A DNA stretch of 64,000 nt from Phallusia mammillata. Its lineage: Eukaryota. Location: positions 15,128,001 to 15,192,000 of the forward strand of contig OZ281501.1 of assembly GCA_965637545.1 (NCBI GenBank). Direction: 5' to 3'. The position numbers were made by a program, and so were the translations under genes. How positions within the stretch are numbered: position 1 is the stretch's first letter; the number at the start of each line of letters is the position of its first letter. Shown one piece after another: positions 1 to 13,239 of this stretch. The notes below the pieces were generated by a model. That model made no database searches and was not told the DNA's origin. It was given only the letters and a program-made list of their open reading frames with translations.

Positions 1-55
1 AAAGCTGAGACGAAAAGTGTAATGTTTTGTGTAGTTAGTTAAACATTTTGAACAG

Positions 56-123
56 GTGACAAAAAATGAGCGTAAAAGCTCCGTGGTAAAACCTGCGCCT
101 TGCTCTCACATCAAAGTCCACTA
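56..123 (+). CDS. Possible terminal coding exon of an upstream gene (VTKNERKSSVVKPAPCSHIKVH*)
   Basis: ttttgaacag| acceptor, only phase 0 open, TAG followed by AATAAA; short enough to be chance. Confidence 0.2.
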
Positions 124-997
124 GAATAAACTGTTTTCTACACGCTTTTACGGGTGATTTAACCAGTGTTTCATGCTTTGATCGTGAAAAACATGAGCCA
201 ACTTGCCCGTCTGGTGTTTGTATGTACACTTAAGGTTATGATTCTCAAGCACAGTGGAGTTTACATTTCTAATGTGAATTGTTTATTTGTATATTTCTTG
301 TTGATAAAACATGTGGTCCAGTGAGGAGATTTGATGTTGTTGTTTTTATCGTAGGCGTTTGTATCTTCTTTACAGACAGCAGTATTTTAGCAGCTTTTGA
401 ATGGTTTAGTTTAAACGGCATTTTATCAAAACGTGTTTGGTGGGTTTTTGAGTATTAAATCTAAGCAAAATTAGACGTCGTTATTACGTACGCTTTTATG
501 ACTTGCGCAAAAAAAAAATTCACCTGTCTGGATCAAACTTTACAAAAAAACGATTTTCTCGAAAAATATTTATTTAAACGACGTAAAACTCTTGGTAAGT
601 TGTTGCACCAAAATTTGAAATTAGTGATTTTTAGTCTTCAGTTAAACATATTGGTTAAGTTCGTTTAAGTTCGGTAATGTGATACATTAAGAAACCTTTC
701 CCCTTGCATTAGTTTGATCGTAAATGTAAATCATACAAATAACCTGACATGTTTATTGCATGTTCAAATATTTGACTTTCATATTACTTATTCTCCAACC
801 CCGGCAACGGGTCCAATTACCTTTTTGAAACTTGGCAACACTCCTTAATTAGAAATGTCGTAAGGGTTATTATCCCACTTCCCTTAAGCTGCTGCCTTTA
901 TGGCGCCTACGAAATTTTCTTCAAGAGGTTACACCCTTTGGCAAATTGCATTCGAAAATACGCAACCCTTACATATTTTTCTCGATATAGTTTAAGG

Positions 998-1403
998 CAG
1001 CGGTTCCCAAACTGGGGTCCGCGGTCCTTTAGGGGTCCGTGAGGCAATTTTGGGGGGACCGCGAAGCGGTTGAAGTAATTCTATAATCTTATTTGGCGTC
1101 AGTTTGTGCCACTAAATAAGATTAAATCAAAGTAGAATTGAAAATCGAATGTCTCCATTGCTAAACAATGGCCTTTATTGAATGACAACTATCAAAAATG
1201 CAATTGTTCGCGCACAATCGTAATGTTTTTTGTCCTGTTTGTGATGTCTTTGGTTGGATGATTGTTATGCGCAATTTTGCATAACTGGCTAAAATCCTGC
1301 AATCAACTTTCGTTTTTATGAAATACACATTGAGGCTTAAGGACCACGAGCCCTCGAAATAATGGCAAAGGGACTGTTTTGAAAAAAAGTTTGGGAACCA
1401 CTG
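998..1403. mobile_element. Non-autonomous hAT (Buster/Charlie-like) MITE
   Basis: TIRs CAGCGGTTCCCAAACT / AGTTTGGGAACCACTG; perfect 8-bp TSD GTTTAAGG (990-997, 1404-1411). Confidence 0.92.
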
Positions 1404-1666
1404 GTTTAAGGCAATTCGTTTGAAAAGTAACGTTTTTACAGTTCTTTTTGTTCTGCATCTCAATTTTTGTTTCAATTTTAACGTTTTGAAGTCCTTAGTT
1501 GATGATATTTTTAACATTCAAGACTGATTTATGTGTACTAAAACTAGAAGGATAGCTGCAACTACAATCGCCTTCATATTTAGGAGCTTTGCTATTCGTT
1601 TAGCGATTGCCCAAACCGTTCAGTTTCTCTTATTTTCGAAATTAATAATTTAATATTTCGCCTAAC

Positions 1667-1730
1667 CTTTCATACAGTTTTGTTTTGCTAAATTATCTAA
1701 TCCCTTCATACAGTTTTGTCTTGCTAAATT
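1667..1730. repeat. Imperfect tandem duplication (CC(T/C)TTCATACAGTTTTGT(T/C)TTGCTAAATT x2)
   Basis: Direct inspection. Confidence 0.85.
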
Positions 1731-2766
1731 CCTATACATTCAGCAAAATACAGGTTAAGGTTCAAATAAGGCGGATCAAACAATCAGTACGAATTTTGGT
1801 CACTGCCCATTATATTAGCTCTGCATTTAAAGTTTCTTAGCAATTATTGGATCGTGTATTCAAATTAGAAAGGTTTTTGCCTATTTTTTTACAAAGTAAT
1901 AAATTTAACGATTTACAACTGAGAGCAATATTCGTGACACGATTCATTTACATATAAAAAGCAAACTGAAAAATTCTTTGCAAATATTGAAGTTTTATTA
2001 GTAGGAAAAATAGGAAATACTACTCGTCCGGGGTATAACTCGTTTCTATTCGGGTATAACTCTGTGACGGTCGTGCCAATACTCGTCTGTACAAATATCA
2101 AAATTACTTAATTGATGTGAGTTGGCTTTAGAAAGGCATTCTTTCCGTACACGGGTATTAACACCTTTGCTATCACTAAATCAAATCCACTACTTGACGC
2201 AGTTCGCGCATCCACAAACGATTGCTATCTAAATTTGATTAAGTGTCTGACAGCACGCGCGCTATGGTGATCTATTGCGAGATAAAATTAAATTCCTAAA
2301 GCTACTTGGCGTTTCAATTCACATTTAGCCGCTTAAGTTGAGATGCGAAGGATTATACCGATTTGAAACGAACCGTTTTGTCTGTTTACTTTGAAAAACA
2401 AACTACAGAGAACAACTATGACCAGTTTGAATTTTAGCATTTAGTTGAATTTTTGAGTACATTTTTTGCTGGTCTTACAAAGATATTTAAAACGGAGTTT
2501 GTTTCTAACGTTTGATCCCGCCAGCTAACAGGAAACTTAGCAAATCAAAACAAAGTATCGTCGTTTCGTTAGTGATTTTTTCTGAATTACTTGTAACACT
2601 GCTTTCCTACGGTTAGTTGTGCTTCATTGAACTGTGTTGTTTTAATCTGGGAGACTTGCGTTTTTCGTGTGTTTTAGCTTGAGGTTTTTACCGCAAATCT
2701 GTTTGCTGCAAAACTGGATTTGCGAACGTAGTAGGAAAACAATTGTGTTTTTTTCCAGAATTGTAT

Positions 2767-2807
2767 CCTTCTTACTTTATGATAAAATACCCTTCTTACT
2801 TTATGAT
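2767..2807. repeat. Short tandem duplication (CCTTCTTACTTTATGAT x2)
   Basis: Direct inspection. Confidence 0.85.
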
Positions 2808-4865
2808 CAATCAGTAAACCAACTGCTTGAAAGCATTAGTTCTCATCGTAAGTAGATAACCTTCCTGAAACTCTTGCAACCAAATCTCTGCGCCTTTCAA
2901 CATTTGAACGAGAAAGGTGCAAGTCAGAATTGTGTCTGCGATAAGAGAAAGTCTGTGGGCCAACATTTTGCCGCACAAACCACTTCGAAAACTGGCCAAG
3001 CGTGTTCAGGTGACCCGATGTAGTCAGTATGTTAGAGAAAAGTTTCGGGAAAGACAGGAACAATTTTTAAGCATAAAGACGTAACATTTTGGTTGTTGTG
3101 TACATGTAGATTTAGTTCGAACGATTTAGTTTAGTTGCTGTCAAGGAGATTTACTTCGAACACAGAAAGTCCCGGGTTTAAATATATTTAGTAAGTCAAT
3201 GTGCAGTTTACAGTTATAGAGCAGGTTCCATGGTCGGACTTTTCCCTCATACTTATAACAAATCGGATAATGTATTCAAAAAAAGGGTCTTTATGGCTTG
3301 AAAGGTTGTAAAACTGTGTGGTCTATGTGCTTGTTGCAGCGGCCTGGTATACGATCAATAGGTTTTTAATGTGCCCCATACGCCAGGCATGTCAGACATT
3401 TAAAGTTTTGGGTCTTTAATGCCTTTGTTGCATCAAGTAACATTATTGTACGTCTAATGTATAGTGTATGTTTCTAGTGTGAAACTAACTTTTCTAGAGA
3501 TTTTCTAAGTCACAGCATTATGCAGTCGCTTTTGGTGTATTGAAGCTACAAAAGTAAATAAACAAAACATACTGCAGTATTCATACAGTACCAAATACTG
3601 TATCACGCTATAACGACGCCATAACGCAGTGATAACCAATAACAAAACAACTTAGCAGAAGTATGTAATCATTTCACTAACGACAGTTAAACATTGTGTC
3701 TGTGCCAATGAACCAACACAAAAGGATCATTGTTTTTCCGTATTTGGTCTGTCATTCGCATTGCGTACAAATTAAGTTTGGATAGTCGAAGCAGTTTCCG
3801 TTCAGTTGGGGTATTTGCAGCATTTCCAATTCCTACATCAGTTCACATCCACCCTCCGATGACCTTTTTCCGGCAGACAATTGTGACATCACTCAAGGCA
3901 TTATTGGCGCAGAGTAGGAAGCACTGTGACGTTGCAAGTGCTTGAGGAAGCCAGAGCTTTGCGTTTGCGCTGTTGGCACGTTAATTATTTAACTGCGGTC
4001 ACGTGATTATGAATGGTCATGCTACAGTGATTTGACCTGTAACAAGCAAGTTTGCAGAGAGATCAGCCAATCTGAGACATGATTGCTAAAAGCTGCAGGA
4101 AAGCGACGTTCTTGTCACATTGTAGGTAGATTTTTTGTACACTTAGATAGTAGGTACATTTGCTGTAGCCGAAATGCATGTGAGTTGAGGGACTTCGTGT
4201 TAACATTAAGAATTTTGAGTACAAAACATTAATTTGATTTTGTTTATGTACTTAATCGTCCCGTAAGGCTTTGACCAAGTTGAAACGGATTAAAACATAT
4301 TCTTAGTGTTTTTAAAGAAAGCCAAAGAGTACAGCTTGACAGTGAACTTGAATTGTAATTCGTATTGGGCTTTTCACGTACAGGTCCAGGCTTAAGTAAT
4401 GGGGAGCAATCGGGCCTGACTATGCTCCAGCCTTATGTGTCGTAATCTCAACTTGATTAATCTAAGTTTCGGACATAATTCGGGCTTTATTTCAACAAAA
4501 ATTTCGAGTTTAGTCCGGCGTTTGGACTTTTCCATGTCCTGTCAAATGCTTACTCAGTTAACCTGATTGTCAACAATACACGTCGAAACTATTTTTAACT
4601 TGACCGGCTATTTTTGTGGACGAATTGGTGGTGTATGTTGGCGCATTTACAAACAAAGAGTAAGCCGTGGGAATGAAATACACAGAAGCTTTGGTTAGAA
4701 AATTTGTTTGATGCAAACAAAAGGGAATTTTCCTAAGCAGAATATATTAGCACTCTGAAAGCAGGTCAAGCACTTATCTGATCAAACAGTTTAAGCGCTA
4801 TAACATCTCAATTTACTTATTTGTTTACAAATTACTAGTCTTGTTGTGTAAGAAAATAACTTAAA

Positions 4866-5079
4866 ATGTCGGGTTGGTCTTGTACCGGCAAACGGTGGCT
4901 GCTCTCTTGCGCTGGTTGTGTGCACTCAAACGCACTGAATCGTGACGAACGTAATGTGAATAACGTCATCAACATAAACAACAATCAGGAAAAGCAAACC
5001 CCTTTGATTGTCCCAAAGTTCGTCGAAGAGAAGAAATTGCCTAACGAGGAATTGTTGATTATACCTGATATCGCTGAGG
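4866..5079 (+). CDS. MYLK: MYLK-like coding exon 1, Cys-rich leader MSGWSCTGKRWLLSCAGC...IPDIAE
   Basis: ATG in AAAATG context, 71 codons, GAG G|GTGAGA phase-1 donor matching the phase-1 acceptor at 15321; no recognised domain, so linkage is inferred. Confidence 0.6.
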
Positions 5080-5651
5080 GTGAGAATGCACGTTAGAAGA
5101 TTTAAAACGTAACTCAAAGCCTCTTTTAGAATGTTGTATTTTGACTTTTTTTGTTTGGGTGTGCTAGTTAGCAAGCAGGAATGTTTTTTTGTGAAATACC
5201 CAAGTTGTGCATTCATGAGTGAATTTTTCATCAAATACATCTAAAAGCAATCAGTCACATATGACTGTCACATTTGTTGTACGCACAAAACATCAACAAA
5301 TGCAACAGTCAAACACGGTTCCAACCCAGCAGCGGTCCCTCTAAACCAGCCACCACTTTCCCTTCTAATGACGCGTAACGTTGCGACGCCTTGTGTTGAC
5401 AAACTGTGTGACAAACCCTACTTGACGATATGATGTCTTACAAGGGTCTGATTTCACGGCCCTACTCACAGTAGCTGTTGCACCTACCCAAACAACTTAC
5501 TCATTTTTAGAGTTTTTTTTACAAAACCAAATCACTGTTTAAGATCGTTTGTCATACATACGTTGTGTTTGCTCATGTTTGATCACCTACACTGTTTTTT
5601 CAACACGTTTCACTTTGGTGTAAGCACATTACGCCATCGAGCTTGTTCAAA

Positions 5652-5780
5652 TGACGTCATCTTCAATATTACGTCATCGAAGCAGTCTTTTACGCGGACG
5701 ATATTTTGCCATACTTTATTATCTCAAAGTCTGCCTGATTTTACGGAAACGTTATTATGACGTCATGAAACAAAACGTCA
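5652..5780. promoter_or_regulatory. CRE cluster in intron 1
   Basis: TGACGTCA at 5652 and 5758, TTACGTCA at 5669, ACGTCA at 5775. Confidence 0.35.
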
Positions 5781-7784
5781 TCAGTTCAGTGTCTAAACTA
5801 AGTTGTTAAATTTAAAAAATTGAGTTTTGAAGAGATTTAAGGCAATTGGTAAACGTACAGCTGCAGTAGGCTTGTCGAATATGCATTATGACTTCAAATT
5901 TTCGTCTAAACAGATCCACCAATCATCAACGGCGTAAAATCACGTGTTCTTACAACCAGCAAATCGATCCGCAACTCTGCACCAGGAACACCCATTACCC
6001 ACCAGAAGACAAGCACTCCAATGTAAGTTATGTCTTTGTAATCGAATATACTGCCGATAACATTATATTGACCAATAATTGATAAAAGTTGTTTATGGTG
6101 TTTTCCTTGAAATTGAAATACTGTATTGGCAATGCTGTTGCACAAAGTATCTTAAACTAACTGCGATTGTTAAAAAAATGGCAGTTCAAAATCGAAATGA
6201 ATGTATTATGCACTACGTTCAAAGTAAAAGTGTTTTGTCTTGAGGTTTGTGAGAAATTTCGTGAGATTCGTTGGTGGTCGCACTAGGGTTTAAACTTGTT
6301 GATATAAGTCTAAGACTATCTTGTAATATGTTGTTGTACCGAAGCTTCCCACAACCGGTTGCACAAATGTTCCAACAATACACTGGTGTTGTTTTAGCTG
6401 ATAGCAAAACCAATACAGTCAAGGTCGTCTTTAGGGAGAAAGTTTGGTTATTTAAGCTCCAAATATCATGTTGTTTTACCGGATGGGTCACACAAACTTA
6501 CACAAAACGTCTAGTAAATATTTTAAACAAGTCTGTAATAAATAAAGGAGCGGATATCTTGATGACAATCATAACTAACTTTTCTATAGGTAGTAGATTT
6601 TATTTTACTGGTGGTGATGTATCAACATTAGAAATTGCAGTATAGTAGATAATATGGACATGTGACATGAAAGAACGCTAATGCTTTGAAATCCAGATCT
6701 AGTTCTGTAATTTAAAATCTCTATAAACTCGTATGTTGTCATGCAACGTGGTGTTGAAAAAGTGCAGTGTTGATTTGTTTTCTCTCTTATGAAACCCGTT
6801 GTTTACAAGCCTTAGTAGAAAACACTGCACTTTGGTGGTAACTGTGGTTCAACGGGTTTTCGCGCATTTCTAGTGATTGTAAAGTAGCTCTTAAGCGGAA
6901 CAAGGAGATACTTGACTTTCTAGACGATTTTTTATGATAAGCTCAAACTTTTATTTCAACACTTCAAGCTAGGCATAACACACATTAATATATAATGTTG
7001 TAACGTCCTAAATGTTCGACGACCGTAGTTAGGAACTCTTGTCCGTATAGATTCCACAATCGTATCGATGTGAACGTTGCCACAGAATCTCTTGCGTGTA
7101 AACACGATTAAACGCGTAAAAGCTGAATTGTGGTAAAAAGAAGAGCTACGTGGCTAAGTTGCTAAGCTGTAAAACATATTGACAGATTAATATGTTTTAG
7201 TTTATTTAACATTTTATACTTTGACTTCACCCAAAGGTATGTATGGTGTTATGATTGGAACGGCCAAGCGCGCTTTTCGATCTAATAAGCCTTGTAGCTT
7301 GTCTTTTTACAATGAGGTCTCATATAACTGATATAAAACTTGCCACCAACGTCGCTATGAGGAGGACAAATGCCGGTGAACAAATAAAAATTGCGTGCTT
7401 AGAACTAGTTAAGGTATAGAGGTCATTTGTTGGCCGTCCAATGATTTATATCTCCCGCCTGTGCTTTGCTCGTCAATCTGTTAACAATTCTTCGATATCG
7501 AATCTCAGGAAAAATGTGTGCTTGAACAGTCCCCCGTTCCGGCAAATTAACAACTTATACCTTTTTATGTGGTTTTTTCTTTGCTGTACTACAGCAGCAA
7601 TAAATATCATATAAGTACTGCTGTGGTCCAAAAGTTGATTTATGCAGTATGCTGTTGGTTACACATTTTTATTCGAAGACAATTTTTCTTGGAAAAAAAA
7701 ACAGTACCCTCATGTAAGTCACTGTTTTTTTATCTATCGTTGACGTGACTGAAGTGCATGGATATAAACAGGTGTTACTGTTGT

Positions 7785-7915
7785 GCCCCTTCATATCACT
7801 GATGATGGCATGAGCATTTGCCGAAACGTTGAACAATAAAGCATGTCACTTTTTACGTCTATTTGGGCCGTTATTTTCATCATTAAACTTATGAACAAAT
7901 CCGTACACAGTGATC
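7785..7915 (+). mobile_element. Penelope-like short repeat copy with intact hammerhead core
   Basis: CTGATGA(7799)-T-GGCA/TGCC stem-GAAA(7823)-CGTT, then AATAAA and ...TATTTGGGCCGTTATTTTCATCATTAAACTTATGAAC shared with other copies. Confidence 0.65.
7799..7830 (+). ncRNA. Minimal hammerhead ribozyme core (probably dimer-dependent)
   Basis: Both conserved boxes CUGAUGA and GAAA, 4-bp stem II, palindromic AACGUU in place of a stem III hairpin; stem I weak. Confidence 0.5.
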
Positions 7916-8994
7916 TAAAATACCCTAATGCATTTGGCAAATGTTATTTGAAATTAGTGAATTAATCTGTTTTGTTTCGATGTTGTTTTACTTAACTGCT
8001 AATTTGAGCCAGTAGAGGATACTTTTTCAAACTCCCTAAATTACGTTCATTTCTGTCTTGGCATGTTGCCTTGCGTATTAGCGCCAGATGTTGATAAATT
8101 CCTTGTGAAATTAGCTTGGTCTGTTGCACTTGTTTCCACTTAACAACCTAAATACTTTTTCAAAATATCATGACCTCCTTTACACCTGAGTGCAAATTAT
8201 TTTCTAAATATTTGTTTTTTGAAGGGTAGCCCGCCTGTTTAGACTTATTAGCACATCAACGTACGCTTGCATTTGAAGCATATATGTAAGATTCTGACGT
8301 GCTTTAAGTCAAAAAATGCTTTTATTTTAGTTTCTTATTTTTAAACACAAAGAAATGGTGTGTAAAATGCGCTTTTTTAACAATTTGTGCATCTGGTTTA
8401 AAAATAAGCTTCACTAACTTTGTATATGCAATACGGTGGTGCTTTTGGCAATCTTTAATAACGCGTTTTCTATACATGTTATTAAAATCTAAATTTGTTC
8501 AATAAATTCCCGTTAGCAAAAACGCGATTTTTGTCACTTATTTCGCACTTAACAACTTTGCTGCTAAGTGACGCTGGAGCCTTAAACAGAGCAAATCCGC
8601 TTCTGAGCAATCACTTGTAACTCAACCCACCTTCGCTTGCCTTAATCCCCGTGATCCTTTACTCGGTGTCAGATCGACCTCAAAGAAATGCACGGCAGAG
8701 GTCTGTGGGAAAATTCAGCTGTCAAAATAAGTTGAAACCGGAACACTTTGCAGCTCGACTCTGTTCGAATCCGATATCGAATGGCGCCCGTTAATTGGTT
8801 CCTCTCTCGTGGCTTAGATTCAGGTGTTCAAACCTTACATACAGTCAATGTTTTTCCTTTGACGGGTCGCGTGTAGTTAATTCCTTAAAGTAACTGTTAT
8901 GTAAGTACAGGTACTCAATCAACAACATAAATTCATAACTGGGATCAGCTGTGAAGCGTTTATGCAAACCAGCAATCACGGTACACTCATATGT

Positions 8995-9132
8995 AAATCA
9001 CAGTACGCCAGGCCCATTGAAGGCGCCAAAATCTAGGTTTTTCTAGTTACGCCTTGATGCCATATGGTGGTTAATACTTGGGATCGACTGATTCGTAATG
9101 TCGCCTTCAATGGGCCTGGCGTACTGTGATTT
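8995..9132. mobile_element. MITE-like element with perfect 31-bp terminal inverted repeats
   Basis: AAATCACAGTACGCCAGGCCCATTGAAGGCG (8995-9025) is the exact reverse complement of 9102-9132. Confidence 0.75.
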
Positions 9133-11425
9133 TCAGGTACTGATTGAAAGACGAATATCTAAATTGCGAGAGGTTTACTTACCTTTAATTCCAATAAAAA
9201 ATTGTATATATTACAACCAAACATGGTAAGGTTACCTAAAAAGCATTATGCAACATATTGTATTTGTTGTAAAGCAAATATCTTTAGCACCGGTCAAAAT
9301 TACGACATGAGACAATTTAATAGATTTTAAATGCTAAAATTACACATCAACCATGGGTTTGTATCGTCGTAAAGGCCACATCATGACACGAAATATTCTT
9401 GCTTATGGCGCTTGTATGCTATAGAAAACGTGGTCGTTGTGACACACAAAATTGATTGTGCTTCGATTCCTTGTTAAAGTTTATTGATGTTTTGCCAGTG
9501 GCATAATTTGCTACGATGTCACAAGGCAACAAATGACGTAACTGATAGCTACATATTTGCACGAAAAAGGTATTTAGTCTTCCTGTGCATTGCAAACGAC
9601 CTCTTACGCACTCACCCGCTTAATCAACTTCGCATTAGCCTGTGTTCGTGATTGGCTCAAAGTTTGAAAACGACAAATTAACGGACATATATCGAAAGGT
9701 GCCAAAATTCCATGCACAATACAAATAAAATACATGTTTCTGTTTTGCATTCGTGTCAGACGTGATAGGAACGTTATGGACGGTTGTGTTTAGCAGTGAG
9801 TTATAAATATGAAAAAGGCGCGAATGGGACACTAAAACACAAGTACCGTTTAGTTAAATTGCTAGAAGATCTTCAGGTTTGATGTATTCAGGGCAACAAC
9901 AGTGTATTTGTGGCGTGTATGTTGTCTAGCGACAGGGTCGAAAACTGTAGCATTACTTGGTCTGTAAATGGTGCTGCAGCGGCGTGTAATGAATGAAAAA
10001 AAATGATTCTATGAATGTGGAAAAGAATCTCACCAATGATTCTAGCAAATTATTTATTCCACTTTAACAGCCATCTAAGCAATTATCGATTGTTTGAATC
10101 TTTAATGACAAAAAAGCATTCCACATTCTATGTCAGACCTCTTTTAAATGTCACACAATATTGTGCAAAATTACACACACATAAATTTATGTATAATGGC
10201 AAGATATTTAGAAACTGCACAATGTACAAAGTGCATGTGGTCTTTGTTGACTATAATAATTCCATAGAATGGGGACGATTTGTCGTTTGGGTGTTTGGCA
10301 GCCATGCGTTACGGGCTGTTTGGATTTTCATAGGACACCGTGTTTTTGCGTCAGACGTTCAGTCTAGTTTTGTGTTGTGTAGACCAAACACCCACTTGCT
10401 GGCTGTAAAGTGCGTTCGTGCTTCGATGTGCGGAACGCCATGGTTAACTGTAGCGTTAAAACATTTTTGTACAGGTTCAGTTTATTTGTAAAGTTGAATA
10501 TATTGCAGTTTTGTAAATCGAAGATTTTGAAGTGTTTTAATTTTGTTCCATTAACATTTTAACATAACTTTACGTGTCTTAACCTTTCAATCAATCGACT
10601 TGTATTGTTCGTAGCGGTGTATGATTTCGTATTATTTAGTCAAAATGTGACATGCAATTTAGTTTTTTAATGATTTGCAGCAACTATTTTAAGCACTGTG
10701 ATCCCAGTCTGTAATCTGTAATTCATTGTTTCTAAGTTGAAAGTGTATTTAGGATTAACACTAGAACTTGGCATAACTCCTAACTGTGTTATGGGCCGGT
10801 GAAAAAACTTCCAACTGGCCACAACTTCAGTTCCCAGTAGAGCGCAAAGGGCGACCACAAAAACTCGAGCTAATAATAGCAATGGCGTCACTCTGAAGGA
10901 CAGGTTCAAATTTTCCTTTTAGTCTGCTAGGAAAATCGCTGCCCTTGCCATTAGTGGTGAACCTGTTATTGCAAGGCGCGCGTTCTTTGACGTTAAGACT
11001 TCGAGAGCCTTTTTCCGGAACTCTCAAGTTTTTGCATATTTTCACACCGCCTCATGATCTGCATTTGCAGCCATATGAGGTCATTGCCCCAATGCTGCCT
11101 AATGTAAATGGACCTTTTTGCCAAATACGTTTTTAAATACATTAAAAGTCGTTTGCTTTTAGACAATTTTTTAGACACGTTTTTATATTTTATGTCCAAT
11201 GCGTGAAACTTTTTAAGGCAGAAAAGACGGTAGTGTGCAAAGATGCCCACATGGGCGAAATATACATCGTTTAACACTATTTGTCGACTGATTCTGATTA
11301 GGAAGCACTGTTGCTTATTCCATTATACTTGTAGTATGAAAATGATATTTTAAGATTTTTCCTAATAAAAAAACATGTAGTAATGTTTCGTATTTTACCA
11401 TTGCTTTTAGCGGACGATTCTTGAC

Positions 11426-11542
11426 GTGACCATTTCTATTCTTAACTTACGTGACCATTCCTATGTGACCATTTCTATTCTTAACTTACGTGACCATTCC
11501 TATGTGACCATTTCTATTCTTAACTTACGTGACCATTCCTAT
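11426..11542. repeat. Minisatellite, 3 x 39 bp (GTGACCATTTCTATTCTTAACTTACGTGACCATTCCTAT)
   Basis: Three exact units starting 11426, 11465, 11504. Confidence 0.95.
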
Positions 11543-12950
11543 TAAAGCACTCTTACCTCATTAGCCTCAGGAGCACCGGATTGGTTAATTTCATCCACGA
11601 CGTCATCTGGCAAAAGCAGCAAAAAGGCTTTCGAACAACAAACGCGATCATTCACATGCGCGTTCAAGCGAAACACAAATGACGTTTCAGGTACCAGGTG
11701 CACCGAGGTGTGACGAGATATTGACGCGTTATTTACAGCCAAAGCTCTGTAATCGGCCTTGTTCTGTTGTTCGTGCTCATAGGGCCATTGTAGAGCACTT
11801 GTACTATTTCCTGTAGTTATAGCCAGTTTGTGTGGTGTATGGTTCAAGACTGCCGCGTGGCCTGGGCAAGCATGGCATAACATGTTGATGCAGATAGCAT
11901 AGCAATGCCTCGCAGCAATACTTAAATGAAATTGCGAATGTTTGTTTGTCGTCAGTAGGCCTGTTCGCATTGTTTTGTATTTTGCATAGTTTAGGACAAC
12001 TTGACTTTAACCGTCGGTATTGTTTGTATCGTTTACATGATCAGGGTGTAGGGATATGTATCCCTAGCACTTCTGCAACGTTTGTAATGCCGTTTAGATT
12101 GATTTAGCACATTGCATGCTCATGCCGTAAAAAATAAAAACCTTAAGTAATGTACTAAACTGTGTGTAGTACATCGTAAATCACGAGTCACCAGAGACTC
12201 TAAACGGTGGACGACTTCAGACTTGTCAAATATTTTAAACTGTTAAGTAATGTAAATCGTATGTACCTAATACGACTTATTCCGGTTTTAAACAATTGTT
12301 TTGAAACGTTATCTTTAGTCATTGTTTTTGTTGTGAGTTGTTTGTTTTGACATTTACACTTTTGACGTCTGTTTTAATTGATGAAGACTACATTAAACTG
12401 TTACAGTTACTGTAACTTTGCTACATAGTTGGTTAAACACAACATAAAGACTTATTATAAACTTTTCAATCGACATATTACCGTTATGACCTCATCGCTA
12501 CCGTTTTGGGAATAGCATAAAGCCAAACTCTGACGCATGCGGTCAAATATACCAGAAAGACTGTCTCGTTCCCAAATAATTTCGAAAAACCTTGTTTGGC
12601 GAACGTAGGGTCGATGTGAACGGCTTGAATAGATGAGAGAGTGATATAGCATTCTGAATCACAAATTTACTTGCCAAGTGCGGTGTCAAGAGCACTGGAG
12701 TGCTGTGATCAACGTGAAAGCCAATATCCACAGTTTTCAAGTGTCTGTTCACGTTGTTTCAAACGGCGCTGCATTTTGAATGATGTAGAACGTAATTGTA
12801 CTGTCGCGTATTGCAGGAATGCTGTGTTGCCAGTTTAAATGTCAATAGGTTGTTGTTAGAAAGACAATTAAGTCAAAATACAGCTAAGAAAGTGCATTTT
12901 GTTTCAGCTAGTTACCCTGTTATGACGTACATTTAAGTATGTGTTTACAG

Positions 12951-13239
12951 CAGGGGCCGGCAACCTTTTTGGCGACGCGTGCAAATTTACTTGTTATTTC
13001 CATGTGTTAATGACCTCGCGTGCTAACGTTTTTCTAAATAATTGTGGTTCGTGCCAGCAGATATCAATAATAAAGAGAAAGCAGAGTGTTTTGTGCATGT
13101 AGGGCTGAATTTTAAGACAATGGCATGATAAAAAGCATAAACAAGCAGTGTAACAGGGTAAATTGTTACTTCATATGAACACGCAAATCGGTTGGCGTGC
13201 CATGAAAAACCACCTCAAGCCAGGGTTTGCCGACCCCTG
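12951..13239. mobile_element. Non-autonomous hAT MITE
   Basis: TIRs CAGGGGCCGGCAACC / GGTTTGCCGACCCCTG; perfect 8-bp TSD GTTTACAG (12943-12950, 13240-13247). Confidence 0.92.

Noticed and set aside
2850-3060. Cys-containing frames as a transposase remnant
   Set aside because: No consistent motif spacing; interrupted by stops.
5735-5785. Minus-strand CTGATGA as hammerhead
   Set aside because: No stem II followed by GAAA.
10015-10491. 158-aa ORF in track
   Set aside because: Intronic, AT-rich, no domain features or splice support; likely chance.
11426-11542. Repeat array as CRISPR
   Set aside because: Identical tandem units with no unique spacers, in a eukaryotic intron.
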